Assembly (NCBI GenBank): GCA_963706285.1
Contig: CAVPLU010000004.1
Coordinates: 160,001 to 224,000 of the forward strand
Length of the DNA stretch: 64,000 nucleotides
Source of the DNA: Candidatus Bathyarchaeota archaeon
GTDB lineage: Archaea; Thermoproteota; Bathyarchaeia; 40CM-2-53-6
Direction of reading: 5' to 3'
Shown: positions 12,448 through 22,227 of the stretch, piece after piece
Numbering within the stretch: position 1 is the stretch's first letter
How the letters are laid out: every line of letters begins with the position of its first letter
Made by a program: the position numbers and the translations under genes
The notes under the pieces: model-generated
Database searches by the model: none
Seen by the model: only the letters and a program-made list of their open reading frames with translations
Told to the model about the DNA's origin: nothing

Positions 12448-12916
12448 CTCCTCGCGTAACCAGCTTCACGTAGTCAGCATGTACCGTGATCGGAAGCGTG
12501 GCAAATCCTTCTTCAAGCAATTCGATAGTCACTTCTTCTTTCATCTTGTCGACATGAGTGATTCTAGCCTTGAGGCCTCTAAATGGGCCTCCAACAACTT
12601 CCACCGAGTCACCAACAGTGAGGTCTTCGATGACAGGTTTTGTGACTATGAATCGTTCCATGGCTTGAGGAGAGACCACTCCCTTCGTTCGAGCTCTCGC
12701 GTGGCGAACACCCGAGATCACATCGTCAACGATATGGGCGCCTGCTGCTTCGATGAAAATGTATCCCTTGATCACTTCAGGCGCAAGTATGCAAAATACC
12801 GGAGCCTTCTTGATCCCTGCTTTCGAAGCAATCAACTCAGTCGCGGTTCTCTCTTGTCCACTGGTTGTCCTGACCGCGAAGATGACGCTCGGTTTCTGCT
12901 GGATCTTTTCGGACAA
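12416..12916 (-). CDS. spt5: Transcription elongation factor Spt5 (NusG)
   Basis: FAVRTTSGQE, KGYIFIEA, KOW motif GDSVEVVGGPFRG. Confidence 0.96.
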   Translation of the reverse strand: MSEKIQQKPSVIFAVRTTSGQERTATELIASKAGIKKAPVFCILAPEVIKGYIFIEAAGAHIVDDVISGVRHARARTKGVVSPQAMERFIVTKPVIEDLTVGDSVEVVGGPFRGLKARITHVDKMKEEVTIELLEEGFATLPITVHADYVKLVTRGGGEAGREETS

Positions 12917-12927
12917 GAAATACTACC

Positions 12928-13110
12928 TCATGGTCCCGTCGGAAGTAATCCGATGAATAGAAAGAGTATTCGAACAACAAAGCCAAGTCCGCCCACTATT
13001 GCGATTCCAAGAAAACTGATCTTCACCATCAGCGACAACTCAGTCCAAGTAGGTCGCGTGGTTACATGGAGTAGCCTTCTCGCAGACGTCAAGAAGTTAC
13101 GAGCGGCCAA
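12928..13110 (-). CDS. secE: Protein translocase subunit SecE/Sec61-gamma
   Basis: RLLHVTTRPTWTEL plus TM GIAIVGGLGFVV; directly upstream of spt5. Confidence 0.9.
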   Translation of the reverse strand: MAARNFLTSARRLLHVTTRPTWTELSLMVKISFLGIAIVGGLGFVVRILFLFIGLLPTGP

Positions 13111-13433
13111 TTTCCCAACTCCACGTGCTTGTACAATTTCTGTTGAACGCGTTGCCGCCTAATATTTTGGAGCCTTATTTAAGGTAGCTTTCTGATTTTG
13201 CTCGGATATTTGGTTCCTCTACTTGTTCGGTCAGTGACTACGTAGATTCCGTCTGGATATTCGCCCTTTCCATGTATGCCAATCTGGTCCGCCGGTGAGA
13301 TGGTCCGCATAACCGGCTTGCCAGCACACAGAATCAGAGGTCCAAACTACGGCCGCCGCACCACGTGACCCACACACGGCAGCAGAATACCTGCCGCCGC
13401 ATAAGAGGCAGGGCCGGAGTGAGCAATAAGTGT

Positions 13434-13814
13434 CTACAGCTGGGCTCCGCACTTCTCGCAGAACTTGCTCTCTATCGGTATCTTTGTTCCACAGCTGCGA
13501 CAGAACTTGGTTGAGCCAGCTGCTTGAACAACGGGTTCAGCCGGTTGTGTGGGAGCTGGAGGGCTCGGTTTTCCTGCAGATACGTAGACTGTTTCTCCGT
13601 TTTTCGTTTCCTTCTTGACGACGCCCTCCTCTACCAGGCCTTCCATCGTCTCCTCTGCTTCTTCTCGCGACACGCCCTCCCTCGCCGCAATCGTTGCGAG
13701 TGTGACGCCGCCAGCAGCCATTGACATTGACAGGACCGTTGCTCTCGTCAGTCGTCGAAATCCTCTTCGGACTCCTCTTCTGACCATTCTTCTCGCGCGA
13801 AACATATCGACCAC
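13434..13814 (-). CDS. Hypothetical protein with wHTH-like segment and C-terminal double zinc ribbon
   Basis: VTLATIAAREGVSREEAEETMEGLVEEG; FCRSCG..FCEKCG. Confidence 0.65.
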   Translation of the reverse strand: MVDMFRARRMVRRGVRRGFRRLTRATVLSMSMAAGGVTLATIAAREGVSREEAEETMEGLVEEGVVKKETKNGETVYVSAGKPSPPAPTQPAEPVVQAAGSTKFCRSCGTKIPIESKFCEKCGAQL

Positions 13815-13992
13815 CTAATGGAACTCGTCTGCACCTCGAACTACAGTGAATCAGAATTTAAGACCTGTTCCCTTCTTGATTGCACCACATCGCCTCAGGA
13901 AGAAGTGACAACTGTTATATCCAATCTGGCGGCAGGATTTTCCGAGGGTTCGTGAGATGTGGCGTGTACGTAGAGCCAGAGCTAGGAGAGCT

Positions 13993-14088
13993 ATGTGGGG
14001 AACGTGGGGAATCGTCTTCGTTGTGATAATCATCCTGCTGATTCTCGTCGCCGTGTTGAGATGGCGATGGTTTCTCTGGCGATTCTAG
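13993..14088 (+). CDS. 31-aa membrane micropeptide MWGTWGIVFVVIIILLILVAVLRWRWFLWRF (not in ORF track)
   Basis: AGGAG SD before ATG; single TM followed by a basic/Trp tail; paralog at 20111-20167. Confidence 0.6.
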   Translation: MWGTWGIVFVVIIILLILVAVLRWRWFLWRF

Positions 14089-14543
14089 CAACACGGTTAC
14101 TGGATCAAGAGAGTTCACATCGAATAATTCTCGTTCGATCAGTGACATCAAAAAGTAGAGGGGACTGAATGTGGCTCTTGATCCTGTGCTCTCTGCTATC
14201 CTTGTAATATGCTTGCTTCTAGCGCTTGCCAATGCCTCGTCCGAGTTGCTCCCAAGATAGGTTGTCACGTGCTGTTGGTGAAATTCTTGGGAGTCAAGCT
14301 GGTCGCCCGTGGTGGCTGACAACTGAGCAGTGTTATTCCATTGAATCCGGGAGAAACCCACACCTATGAGAAGCTGCTTGCTTGACGTAGGGTCAACCCA
14401 CGTTGCTGCATCGGTCACAGAAAAGCGGGTCTACTTCGTATACTAGCATAGAGCGTATGACTTCTTACACACCATTGGGCCCTCATCTGAGCCCATTTAC
14501 AATTTCTACAGAAATATGGCCAGATAGAAGGGGAACAGCAGTA

Positions 14544-14611
14544 CCTTGCGATTGCCGACGCCAGCCATCGCTAATTCGTAGTATGACCATTTCTTCTTGC
14601 GAAACAACTTC
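14544..14611 (+). promoter_or_regulatory. Conserved ~68-bp upstream element, copy A
   Basis: About 75% identical (51/68 by hand alignment) to the reverse complement of 18884-18948; ends 89 nt before ATG 14701. Confidence 0.55.
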
Positions 14612-14700
14612 ATTTCTTCAAAATCCGTCACGCATTCGAATCCGACCGAGTTCGCAAGTATCTTATAGATCATGGACAGGAGCTATCACGGCTTCGAGCA

Positions 14701-15492
14701 ATGCGCTCCAGTAGACTGTTTGCACTTGTTCTCCTGTTATTGTGTGCTGTGACTGGTCCTGAATCATCCTTTGCCGCAGAGTCTATCCCAAGTTCACCCT
14801 CGACAAATGAGGTTACGGTTGATGGCAAGTGGACCACTCCTGACGAATGGATAGACGCTACAGAGTTGCATGCAGCGGGAGGATTGGGCTATGTATGCAT
14901 CAAAGATGATGAAGAGTCTCTGTATGTTCTCATAGACTTCACATCGGATAGGACTTTAGATGATAGAGACATGGCAAGGGTCAGGTTGGATACTAGAAAC
15001 GACAAGTCGGACAAGCCTCAGGCCGACGATTATGTACTTCTTGTGGACTGGATTGCAGGCAAGATCATTGCCAGAGCCGCCAAAGGTAATGGGAGCGCGT
15101 GGGTCTCAGCAGGAGAGAATCTTGGCTTCAAGATTGAATCTTCAAACGATTCTGAGAATGATCCATATTCCGTACGGCCGCACGTAATCTACGAGTTTGC
15201 AATTCCCAGAGCGGTTCTTGGAGATGAATCAGAGATCGGGCTTTCTGCGACCGCCGGACATAAGATGGGCACGGCAGAAGCCAAGTTCATGAATCTTCCG
15301 AGAAGACATCACTTCTTCAGGCCGTCCACATGGAGCACACTGACATTCGCAACCCAATCTGAAACACAAGCTCCGTTAACTCAAAGGTCCCTGTTCACCG
15401 TGATTATGGTACTCATGGTTGTCGTGGCACTGGCGATTGCTGGCGTCTACTACTTGAGGAAGAGAAAAGGGAAAAAGCGTGAGCTGAAATGA
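14701..15492 (+). CDS. Secreted, C-terminally anchored protein with DOMON/CBM9-like domain
   Basis: Signal peptide, VTVDGKWTTPDEWIDA, LYVLIDF, YEFAIP, C-terminal TM followed by RKRK. Confidence 0.65.
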   Translation: MRSSRLFALVLLLLCAVTGPESSFAAESIPSSPSTNEVTVDGKWTTPDEWIDATELHAAGGLGYVCIKDDEESLYVLIDFTSDRTLDDRDMARVRLDTRNDKSDKPQADDYVLLVDWIAGKIIARAAKGNGSAWVSAGENLGFKIESSNDSENDPYSVRPHVIYEFAIPRAVLGDESEIGLSATAGHKMGTAEAKFMNLPRRHHFFRPSTWSTLTFATQSETQAPLTQRSLFTVIMVLMVVVALAIAGVYYLRKRKGKKRELK

Positions 15493-17651
15493 AGAATCGA
15501 ATTCGCATACTTCTTATCATAATTTTGATCTTGGAAATAGCACCGGTAGCACTCGTGGGGTCCGCTGCACTTCCAAGAGGGGTCTCTCTTGAGATAACGC
15601 ATGTAGGAGTAGGGGGCGGGCGGGACCAAGTTGCTGTGGGGGAAGTCTTCGACATATTTCCTGAAATGAAGTATTCTGGCATGCCAGACCGTACGCAGGT
15701 GGATGTGGTCCTATACTACGGGGCAGGAATCTACATCACTCAGGTAATCGACACCTATACTCAGTACGTGACTGGAAGCGGCACCTTCGCCACACGATTC
15801 TCCATGGCGGTCCAAGAAGCAGGACACCATGACGACATATTTGTTGGTTTGTATACTTCACTCGTGTGCATTTCTCATTCAGCATATAGCGACCATGCTC
15901 AAATGGTTCCTTGTTCGATTGACACACAGTACGTTGTCATAGACGCTTTTGATGTGGAAATGAATCTCGACGTAGACTATCCAAACAGCAATTTGGCTGT
16001 AGGCGAGAAGTTTCCAGTCATAGCTACGGTGGAGTATAGCAACATTCCGGTGAATTTCAATATCGAGTATAACATATGGGAGAATAGCGATGAGGCACTC
16101 TATAGGGGGGGGTTATTGGATGGATATGATGACCGGCCTGACCCGATTGGAATCGGTAAGACAGGCACCAGGTCGCATACGTTCACAATCTCACTTGACA
16201 GCCCCGGCCTGACAGAGCTCCGCGTGACGGTTGGATGGGGAGGCGATCCCACCACCACCAACACGGGAGGAAATGCCTACGTAGATACCGAAACCTTCCT
16301 GGTCAACATAGTAAGCGCAGATCTCGCGACGTCAGCTCAGGTATTGATTCTAGATATCGACTATGCCAGTCCTCCCGAGACGGTTCAGGCCCATGAGGAA
16401 ACCCCAATCATCGTCAAAGCCGAATACGATGGTCTAGAACAAGGTTCGAAACTGTCCGTTGACATCTATGACCTGAGTACTGGCTCGTTTCTGGATGGTG
16501 AAGTCTCTGAACTGCTGGGAGGGTTCGGAACATACACTTTCCGCCCGGTAGAAGTTACCCCTACGAGAGCCGGCAGTTGGAGTTTTCGTGTCGAAGTAGA
16601 GGCAACCACGGCCGCTCACACAGTCGCGAAGGTAACAAATGATTTTTCCATGACAGTGGTCGCTGGCGAAGCCGCACAGATAACGATCACAACGATCCAG
16701 TACGTTGGGTCGCCTGAGACAATTGCTATCGGCGAGTCCACGCCCGTAGCGGTGACTACCAAATACTCAAACTTGATTTCTGGCAGCCGACTGATCCTCT
16801 GGATCAAAGACTTGGACAAGAATGTAGCGTGCGAAGGCGGCACGTTATCATCGATTGCTCTCTCTGGGAGTGGAACGTACACGTTCCCCCAGCTCAAAAT
16901 CAAACCATCGAGAGCAGGCGACTGGCGTCTAGAGGCTGAGGTTGAGTTCAACGGTGACACCGTAGCCACGAAGCAGTTCACCATAACGGTCGTCAGTACG
17001 GGCAGCACCCAAGCAGGGCAAGTCATTATCACCAAATTCCTTTATGTCAGATCTCCGGAGACGGTCGCCGTCGAAGAGACCACGCCAATAACAGTTTCGA
17101 TCCATTACCAAAACTTGCCAGGAAACACCAAACTCAAGGCATTCGTCAATGACGAAGGCGCTCACATACAAGTAGGATCAGCAACTTCAACGTCTCTATC
17201 TGGAAACGGGGAATACACCTTCTCCAACATGGCGATAAAGCCCTCCAGAGTTGGAGATTGGCGTCTTACTGTAGGAGTTACAGGCTATCCGGACGCAGTC
17301 GAAGCATTCACGATCAAGGTGGTAGCGCCGACAGGTGAACCTCGGGTTCAAGTCAAAGGCGTGAAGCCGCCGCCCGGCACATTGAAGGTCGGCGAGCCTG
17401 CACCAATAACGGTCGCAATCAGTTATCAGAACTTAGCTCCAGGAACAAAGCTAACAGTCATCGTCCATGATTCTGACACTCACAAGGACCTGACTTCCGT
17501 GACATCGATTGCGCTCTCAGGGACCGGCACATACACCTTCACCACGATCACGATCACGCCAACCAAAGACGGAACCTGGCATCTGGGCCTTATGATCTCA
17601 GACTACCCAGACACCAAGACGGAGTTTACCGTGAACGTCGTGAAGAAATAG
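15489..17651 (+). CDS. Secreted protein with tandem Ig-like repeats (four clear ~110-aa copies in the C-terminal half), no C-terminal anchor
   Basis: Repeated PET/PGT..GE.TP(I/V).V...Y.NL..G.KL..LSG.G.YTF..I.P.R.G.W.L pattern; N-terminal signal peptide. Confidence 0.75.
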   Translation: MKNRIRILLIIILILEIAPVALVGSAALPRGVSLEITHVGVGGGRDQVAVGEVFDIFPEMKYSGMPDRTQVDVVLYYGAGIYITQVIDTYTQYVTGSGTFATRFSMAVQEAGHHDDIFVGLYTSLVCISHSAYSDHAQMVPCSIDTQYVVIDAFDVEMNLDVDYPNSNLAVGEKFPVIATVEYSNIPVNFNIEYNIWENSDEALYRGGLLDGYDDRPDPIGIGKTGTRSHTFTISLDSPGLTELRVTVGWGGDPTTTNTGGNAYVDTETFLVNIVSADLATSAQVLILDIDYASPPETVQAHEETPIIVKAEYDGLEQGSKLSVDIYDLSTGSFLDGEVSELLGGFGTYTFRPVEVTPTRAGSWSFRVEVEATTAAHTVAKVTNDFSMTVVAGEAAQITITTIQYVGSPETIAIGESTPVAVTTKYSNLISGSRLILWIKDLDKNVACEGGTLSSIALSGSGTYTFPQLKIKPSRAGDWRLEAEVEFNGDTVATKQFTITVVSTGSTQAGQVIITKFLYVRSPETVAVEETTPITVSIHYQNLPGNTKLKAFVNDEGAHIQVGSATSTSLSGNGEYTFSNMAIKPSRVGDWRLTVGVTGYPDAVEAFTIKVVAPTGEPRVQVKGVKPPPGTLKVGEPAPITVAISYQNLAPGTKLTVIVHDSDTHKDLTSVTSIALSGTGTYTFTTITITPTKDGTWHLGLMISDYPDTKTEFTVNVVKK

Positions 17652-17795
17652 GCCTCCCTTCGTTGCACACACAAATCTGAAACGATGGGCCATCAAGGGT
17701 TCAAATGCTGACGCCTGCACCAAGGTACCGGGGATATAGGTAATTCGTGGTTTTGGTGTGCCACATGGAAGTCCGGAAAGGCACGTGTAAACCAT

Positions 17796-17973
17796 TCCGG
17801 ACGGTGGTGGGAGGATCGACTGCTAACCTGAGGATGGCGGCTTAGGGGTTGGCTCCGATGCAGCCACAGGTTTGCGTCGCTTGCCGAAGTAGTATGCCGC
17901 GACGGCGACCACCACAACCACGAGCAGGACCAAGTAGATCAATCCGCCACTCAACGCTCGTCCCACCCCTTGG
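17796..17973. repeat. 178-bp direct repeat, copy 1 (TM anchor, tail and 3' flank)
   Basis: Identical to 19377-19554 apart from one base (17803 vs 19384). Confidence 0.95.
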
Positions 17974-18795
17974 TCTGCCCCACCGGCCTCAGGAGTGGTC
18001 ACAGGCTGAGTTAGTGTTGCTGCGACCGAGGTGAGCCGTGTCGTGGACGCCGAGCCGCCGACTGTAGACAGCTGTGGTTACCGATAGCGTGAACGTTGCG
18101 GTTCTCTGCAAGCTGCCCGCTACGCCGACGACGTTAATCGTGTACGTGCCAGGAGGCGTCTGGGCCGTGGTCGATATCTTGAGGACTGACGTGAACGGGG
18201 AAGTCCCTTTGGCGGTCGAGAGGCTTGCGCTGATTCCGGCAACTGGAGGAATCGTGTACATAAGCGATACCGCCTCTGCTGACCCGCCAATTAGCCCCAC
18301 GTTTACAGTGCATGAGGTGGATTCCCCGGGCCTCAATGATCCGTGGTCGGGATCAACCTTAACGGAGAAATCGAACACACGCTGAACAGTCACTGCTATG
18401 GTGATCTCCTGATAAGTGAATGGCTGGCCGAGCAACCAGGTTTGGCAACTCAAGTGCCAGTCTCCAGGTCTCGTTGGGGTTATGACCATGGAGAACGTAT
18501 GTCTGCCACTGCCCGACAGAGGCACGTACCCTGTGCCAGCAATCAGGTCGTATGTAGTTAAGTCCTGAATCTGGGCCGCTACTTTTGTGTTTGGCAGTAG
18601 GTTGGTGTAGCGAACGGTCACGGTTACGGTGGTGGCTTCCCCGACGGCTATCGTGTCCGGAGGCTTGACGTAGCCGATGTCGACAATCTCCACTGTGGGG
18701 GCCTGGCTTGAAGCGTGGGGAAGTGATAGGAGCGCGCCAGTTATGAAGAGCATCATCAGAACGGCGAGCATGACTCCTTTCTTGAACCTAGCCAT
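17823..18795 (-). CDS. Surface protein with two Ig-like domains, Thr/Ser linker and TM anchor; +1 frameshift at ~18067
   Basis: Signal peptide MARFKKGVMLAVLMMLF; domain 1 resembles the 15489 repeats and domain 2 resembles the 19404 protein; the corrected frame runs into the repeated anchor. Confidence 0.75.
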
Positions 18796-18883
18796 CTGAG
18801 CCACTTGATCCAAATGCGTCAGATCCTGTGCAAGTCGCCAGTCGGCCCGGTTATGATTTAACACTACCGACTTAGTTGACTCG

Positions 18884-18948
18884 GACGTTGTTACGCAAGA
18901 GGAAATCATGTGACGAATGAGCGACGGCTGCAATGGGCAATAGCGAGG
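18884..18948 (-). promoter_or_regulatory. Conserved upstream element, copy B
   Basis: Inverted copy of 14544-14611; ends 88 nt before ATG 18795. Confidence 0.55.
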
Positions 18949-19112
18949 CTGTCGTTCGAAAGGCTACCAAGGTATCGATGAGCCTAGTCACTTCCACTAT
19001 TGTTTGGACTGATTGCGGGCACACTGGGTGAGTCAAAATCAATGGTTCAAGTCGCGGTCAACATAGCCCCTTATCCAAATTGCTATATACATGAAATCTG
19101 CACGGGTTGTGC

Positions 19113-19274
19113 ATGGTCAACCTAATCGGTCTACTTCTTGTTCTGCTAGTAGTCTTCGTCCTGTTCACCGTTCTAGGATTCGCCTTCAGAGCATTGAAAT
19201 GGCTCATCTCAATCGGCATAGTCGTCGTCATCATCCTACTCATAATTGGGCTCCTTGGAAGGCTGCCGGTGTAG
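19113..19274 (+). CDS. 53-aa two-TM small membrane protein (not in ORF track)
   Basis: MVNLIGLLLVLLVVFVLFTVLGFAFRALKWLISIGIVVVIILLIIGLLGRLPV; TATA-like CTATATA ~30 nt upstream. Confidence 0.7.
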   Translation: MVNLIGLLLVLLVVFVLFTVLGFAFRALKWLISIGIVVVIILLIIGLLGRLPV

Positions 19275-19376
19275 CAAGCTCGGTTGTCTCTCGCGTCTAC
19301 GCAGGGCCACCTGTCTGGAAGCCTAAATGGTCTTTTCACTGAGTATTCTAGGAACCTTCGCCTTTCTGTTCTGCGA

Positions 19377-19554
19377 TCCGGACAGTGGTGGGAGGATCGA
19401 CTGCTAACCTGAGGATGGCGGCTTAGGGGTTGGCTCCGATGCAGCCACAGGTTTGCGTCGCTTGCCGAAGTAGTATGCCGCGACGGCGACCACCACAACC
19501 ACGAGCAGGACCAAGTAGATCAATCCGCCACTCAACGCTCGTCCCACCCCTTGG
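19377..19554. repeat. 178-bp direct repeat, copy 2
   Basis: Matches 17796-17973 at an offset of 1581 bp. Confidence 0.95.
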
Positions 19555-20075
19555 CCCGCCTCACCAGCCTCAGTAGTGGCAATGGTAGGCTGTGTTATTG
19601 TTCCCGCGGTCGAGGTGAGCCGTGTCGTGGACGCCGAACCGCCGCCTGTAACAGCTGTGGTTACTGTTTTCGCGCTTTCAAGTTTCAGCGTAACGGACGC
19701 TACTCTAGTGACTGTCCCTGCGACTCCAGCGACGTTGATTGTGTAAGTGCCCGGAGGAGTTTGGGTCGTGGTGTCTATTCTAAGGGTTGACTTGAAGAGC
19801 GGAATTCCCTTGGTCCTGTCGAGCTTTGCACTGAGTCCGGGGACAGGCGGGATGGTATATGTGAGTGTCACCTCTGAGGGCTGACCGCTAACAACCCCTA
19901 CACTCACTTCAGCTATGGCATACTGTCCCTGCCTTATGGCTACGACTTCGGGCTCAAACTTAAGGGCGAAGTCGAAACTCGCCGCCGCGATAGTTATGGG
20001 GACCGACACAAGCAGCGTAGCAGCAAACAGGATAACAAGAGATGCTGATGCAGCATATCTCACGTGATTGCCCAT
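19404..20075 (-). CDS. Surface protein with one Ig-like domain, Thr-rich linker and TM anchor
   Basis: Signal peptide, FDF..TTTQTPPGTYTINV domain, TM LIYLVLLVVVVVAVAAYYF-GKRRK. Confidence 0.8.
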   Translation of the reverse strand: MGNHVRYAASASLVILFAATLLVSVPITIAAASFDFALKFEPEVVAIRQGQYAIAEVSVGVVSGQPSEVTLTYTIPPVPGLSAKLDRTKGIPLFKSTLRIDTTTQTPPGTYTINVAGVAGTVTRVASVTLKLESAKTVTTAVTGGGSASTTRLTSTAGTITQPTIATTEAGEAGQGVGRALSGGLIYLVLLVVVVVAVAAYYFGKRRKPVAASEPTPKPPSSG

Positions 20076-20110
20076 GTGAATATGTCACCCTAATCCAATC
20101 GTTCTGATTG

Positions 20111-20167
20111 CTAGAACTGCCATCTCCATCGGAGCGCAGCAACGAAGAAGAACGTTAGACCCAACAT
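20111..20167 (-). CDS. 18-aa micropeptide MLGLTFFFVAALRWRWQF (paralog of 13993-14088)
   Basis: AAGGAGCT-ATG start context; shared VA.LRWRW motif and TTC-TAG-CAA end. Confidence 0.45.
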   Translation of the reverse strand: MLGLTFFFVAALRWRWQF

Positions 20168-20428
20168 AGCTCCTTGCCCTCCTTCCTCTTGGCCCCATTC
20201 GAAACCTCTCACTCGTCCGCAGTAGTCCGGTGCATTTTCAGACTTAACACTTGCCTTCTTGACATCTGCAATCGTACCCAATTACCAGCACTGCCGTGAT
20301 TGGGAGTCTCCTAGTGTGCCCACCCGAACCGTCATTGGAGTTGAATTGTGTGTACCTTGGTGCTAGCATCGAGAATTGGACCGTCGTGCGTCGTTGTTTA
20401 GGGTATCCAACTTCCATTGGTCAGCCAT

Positions 20429-21239
20429 TCAGATCATTACCACTTCGCGGCCTGATCTCTTGAGATATTCCACCAGGACCGCTCGCTCGGGTCCGCGCAC
20501 TCCTTTCTTGTCTATGACCGCGCGAGAACAGTCGCCCACGGTTCTACGGAATGCGAGTTCAACGAGAGCTGCGTCATAACTATCGAAAAAGTACTTTGAG
20601 AGGATGTGTCCAAACGCGAAGTCACCTTTCACGACGGCGTCAGTGTGCTTCCAAGAGTAGTGACCTCCGCCGAAGCCGACCGCGGGAGTTGCTTTGGTCG
20701 GGGATGTCGCAGCTGCCCATATTGCGCAGGCCACAGCTTTTCCAGCCATTGGGTCTTCCCATTGTTTGGCAGAGCTACCGATCTCCACAAACATGCAAGG
20801 CACTGGAAGCTCAGTGGGCCCATGATGTGTGGCTTCAAGGGACACCAGATAGGAAAGGCCAAGCTCTTCGCGGGCCTCGGACAGCGACAACAGCGCTGCT
20901 CGCATCCTGTTCGGCTCAACCAGCGCGAGGCTTCTCGGCCTGCCCCCGTACGGCGCCTCGTTCAGAACGTTTCCAGGACAATGGACGGTGAGGCATGGAC
21001 CACCCTTCTCGCTCGTGTGCCTTGAGGCGAAAATCACAGACGTTGCGCCTGCAAACCTCTCTACCGAATCAAGATGGATGGTCTCCTCTCTTCGTTCGAA
21101 CAAGGAGGATGTCGTCTCTGCGAAGGATACTTGGATCTGAATGTTCTGTGGTCTTGTCAAAACCATAGTCGCGGGCGAGACATGATGCTATGTTGAGGCC
21201 CGCGTGATCCTTTTCCGACGCAACTACAAGGACAGCCAT
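20429..21239 (-). CDS. dtdA: Archaeal D-aminoacyl-tRNA deacylase; +1 frameshift at ~21087
   Basis: MAVLVVASEKDHAGLNI start; IFASRH, LTVHCPGN, EATHHGPT, FVEIGS, GFGGGHY. Confidence 0.9.
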
Positions 21240-21269
21240 TGATGAGTACGTCTCGCGTCTGGGGTCGTG

Positions 21270-22175
21270 TCAACCGATGATCCTGTTGACGATCGTGGTT
21301 GGGTCGAACGAAATCAGGTCCTCATAGGCTTGTCCCGTGCCAGCGAATATTACAGGTTTCCCGATCTCGGCCGCGAGCGAAATCGCACTTCCGCCTCTTG
21401 CATCAGCGTCAAGTTTGGTTAGAGTAATGCCGTCTATTCTCACAGATTCGCTGAAAGATCGTCCCTGTTCAACAGCGTCGTTTCCGGTTAAGGAGTCCAC
21501 GACGAGCATTACGAAATCAGGAGACGCTACGCGAACGATCTTCTTCATCTCATCAAGTAGGTTTCGCTTGGTCTGCATTCTTCCAGCTGTGTCGATGAGA
21601 ACTATGTTTATTCCATTTGCACGAGCATGATTGATCGAATCAAAGGCCACAGCAGCGGCGTCAGCGCCGTACGTGTGCTTTATAGTCTTCACGTCAAGGC
21701 GCCTAGCGTGTTCTTCGAGCTGTTCAATAGATCCTGTCCGATACGTGTCCCCACACGCAATCACAACAGAGTACCCTCGATTCTTGAGAAGGTATGCAAT
21801 CTTCGCGACCGTTGTGGTTTTGCCCGTCCCATTTATGCCGACAAAGACTATGATCGCGGGCTCATGTGCCTGTTTTTTCATGTTGATTTTCTCAAAGAAG
21901 CTGCCTTCACCGCTCCCCTTAAGCGCGTCGAGGAGAACTTCACGAACGATTGACCTTACTGGTTGACGACGATCACCCAGGCGTGAAACCTGAACGCTCG
22001 CAGCCCTTTGCCTTATCCCATCGCAAATGCGCTCCGCCACAAGATAGGCGACATCGTTCTCAGCAAGCGTCGTCTTAAGCTCCTGCAAGAGTTGTTCAAG
22101 ATCTTTTCCGGTGAGTTCGGTCTTTGAGATCTTATCCACAATCGAGTCTAGATTTGATCTGAGCTTCTCGAACAA
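21270..22175 (-). CDS. ftsY: Signal recognition particle receptor FtsY
   Basis: GINGTGKTTT, DTAGR, TKLDADARGG, GTGQ. Confidence 0.96.
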   Translation of the reverse strand: MFEKLRSNLDSIVDKISKTELTGKDLEQLLQELKTTLAENDVAYLVAERICDGIRQRAASVQVSRLGDRRQPVRSIVREVLLDALKGSGEGSFFEKINMKKQAHEPAIIVFVGINGTGKTTTVAKIAYLLKNRGYSVVIACGDTYRTGSIEQLEEHARRLDVKTIKHTYGADAAAVAFDSINHARANGINIVLIDTAGRMQTKRNLLDEMKKIVRVASPDFVMLVVDSLTGNDAVEQGRSFSESVRIDGITLTKLDADARGGSAISLAAEIGKPVIFAGTGQAYEDLISFDPTTIVNRIIG

Positions 22176-22227
22176 CCCGTAGCACCTCGACGGAGTGCAG
22201 TTCGCATGTTATCTCGAATCGAAGTTT

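Noticed and set aside
13340-13365. GCGGCCGTAGT on the minus strand, matching the tRNA-Gly 5' end (possible att site or split tRNA)
   Set aside because: Only 11 nt, with no D-arm or T-arm and no complementary leader for trans-splicing.
17695-17710. GGGTTCAAAT T-loop-like sequence
   Set aside because: No closing T-stem or acceptor stem.
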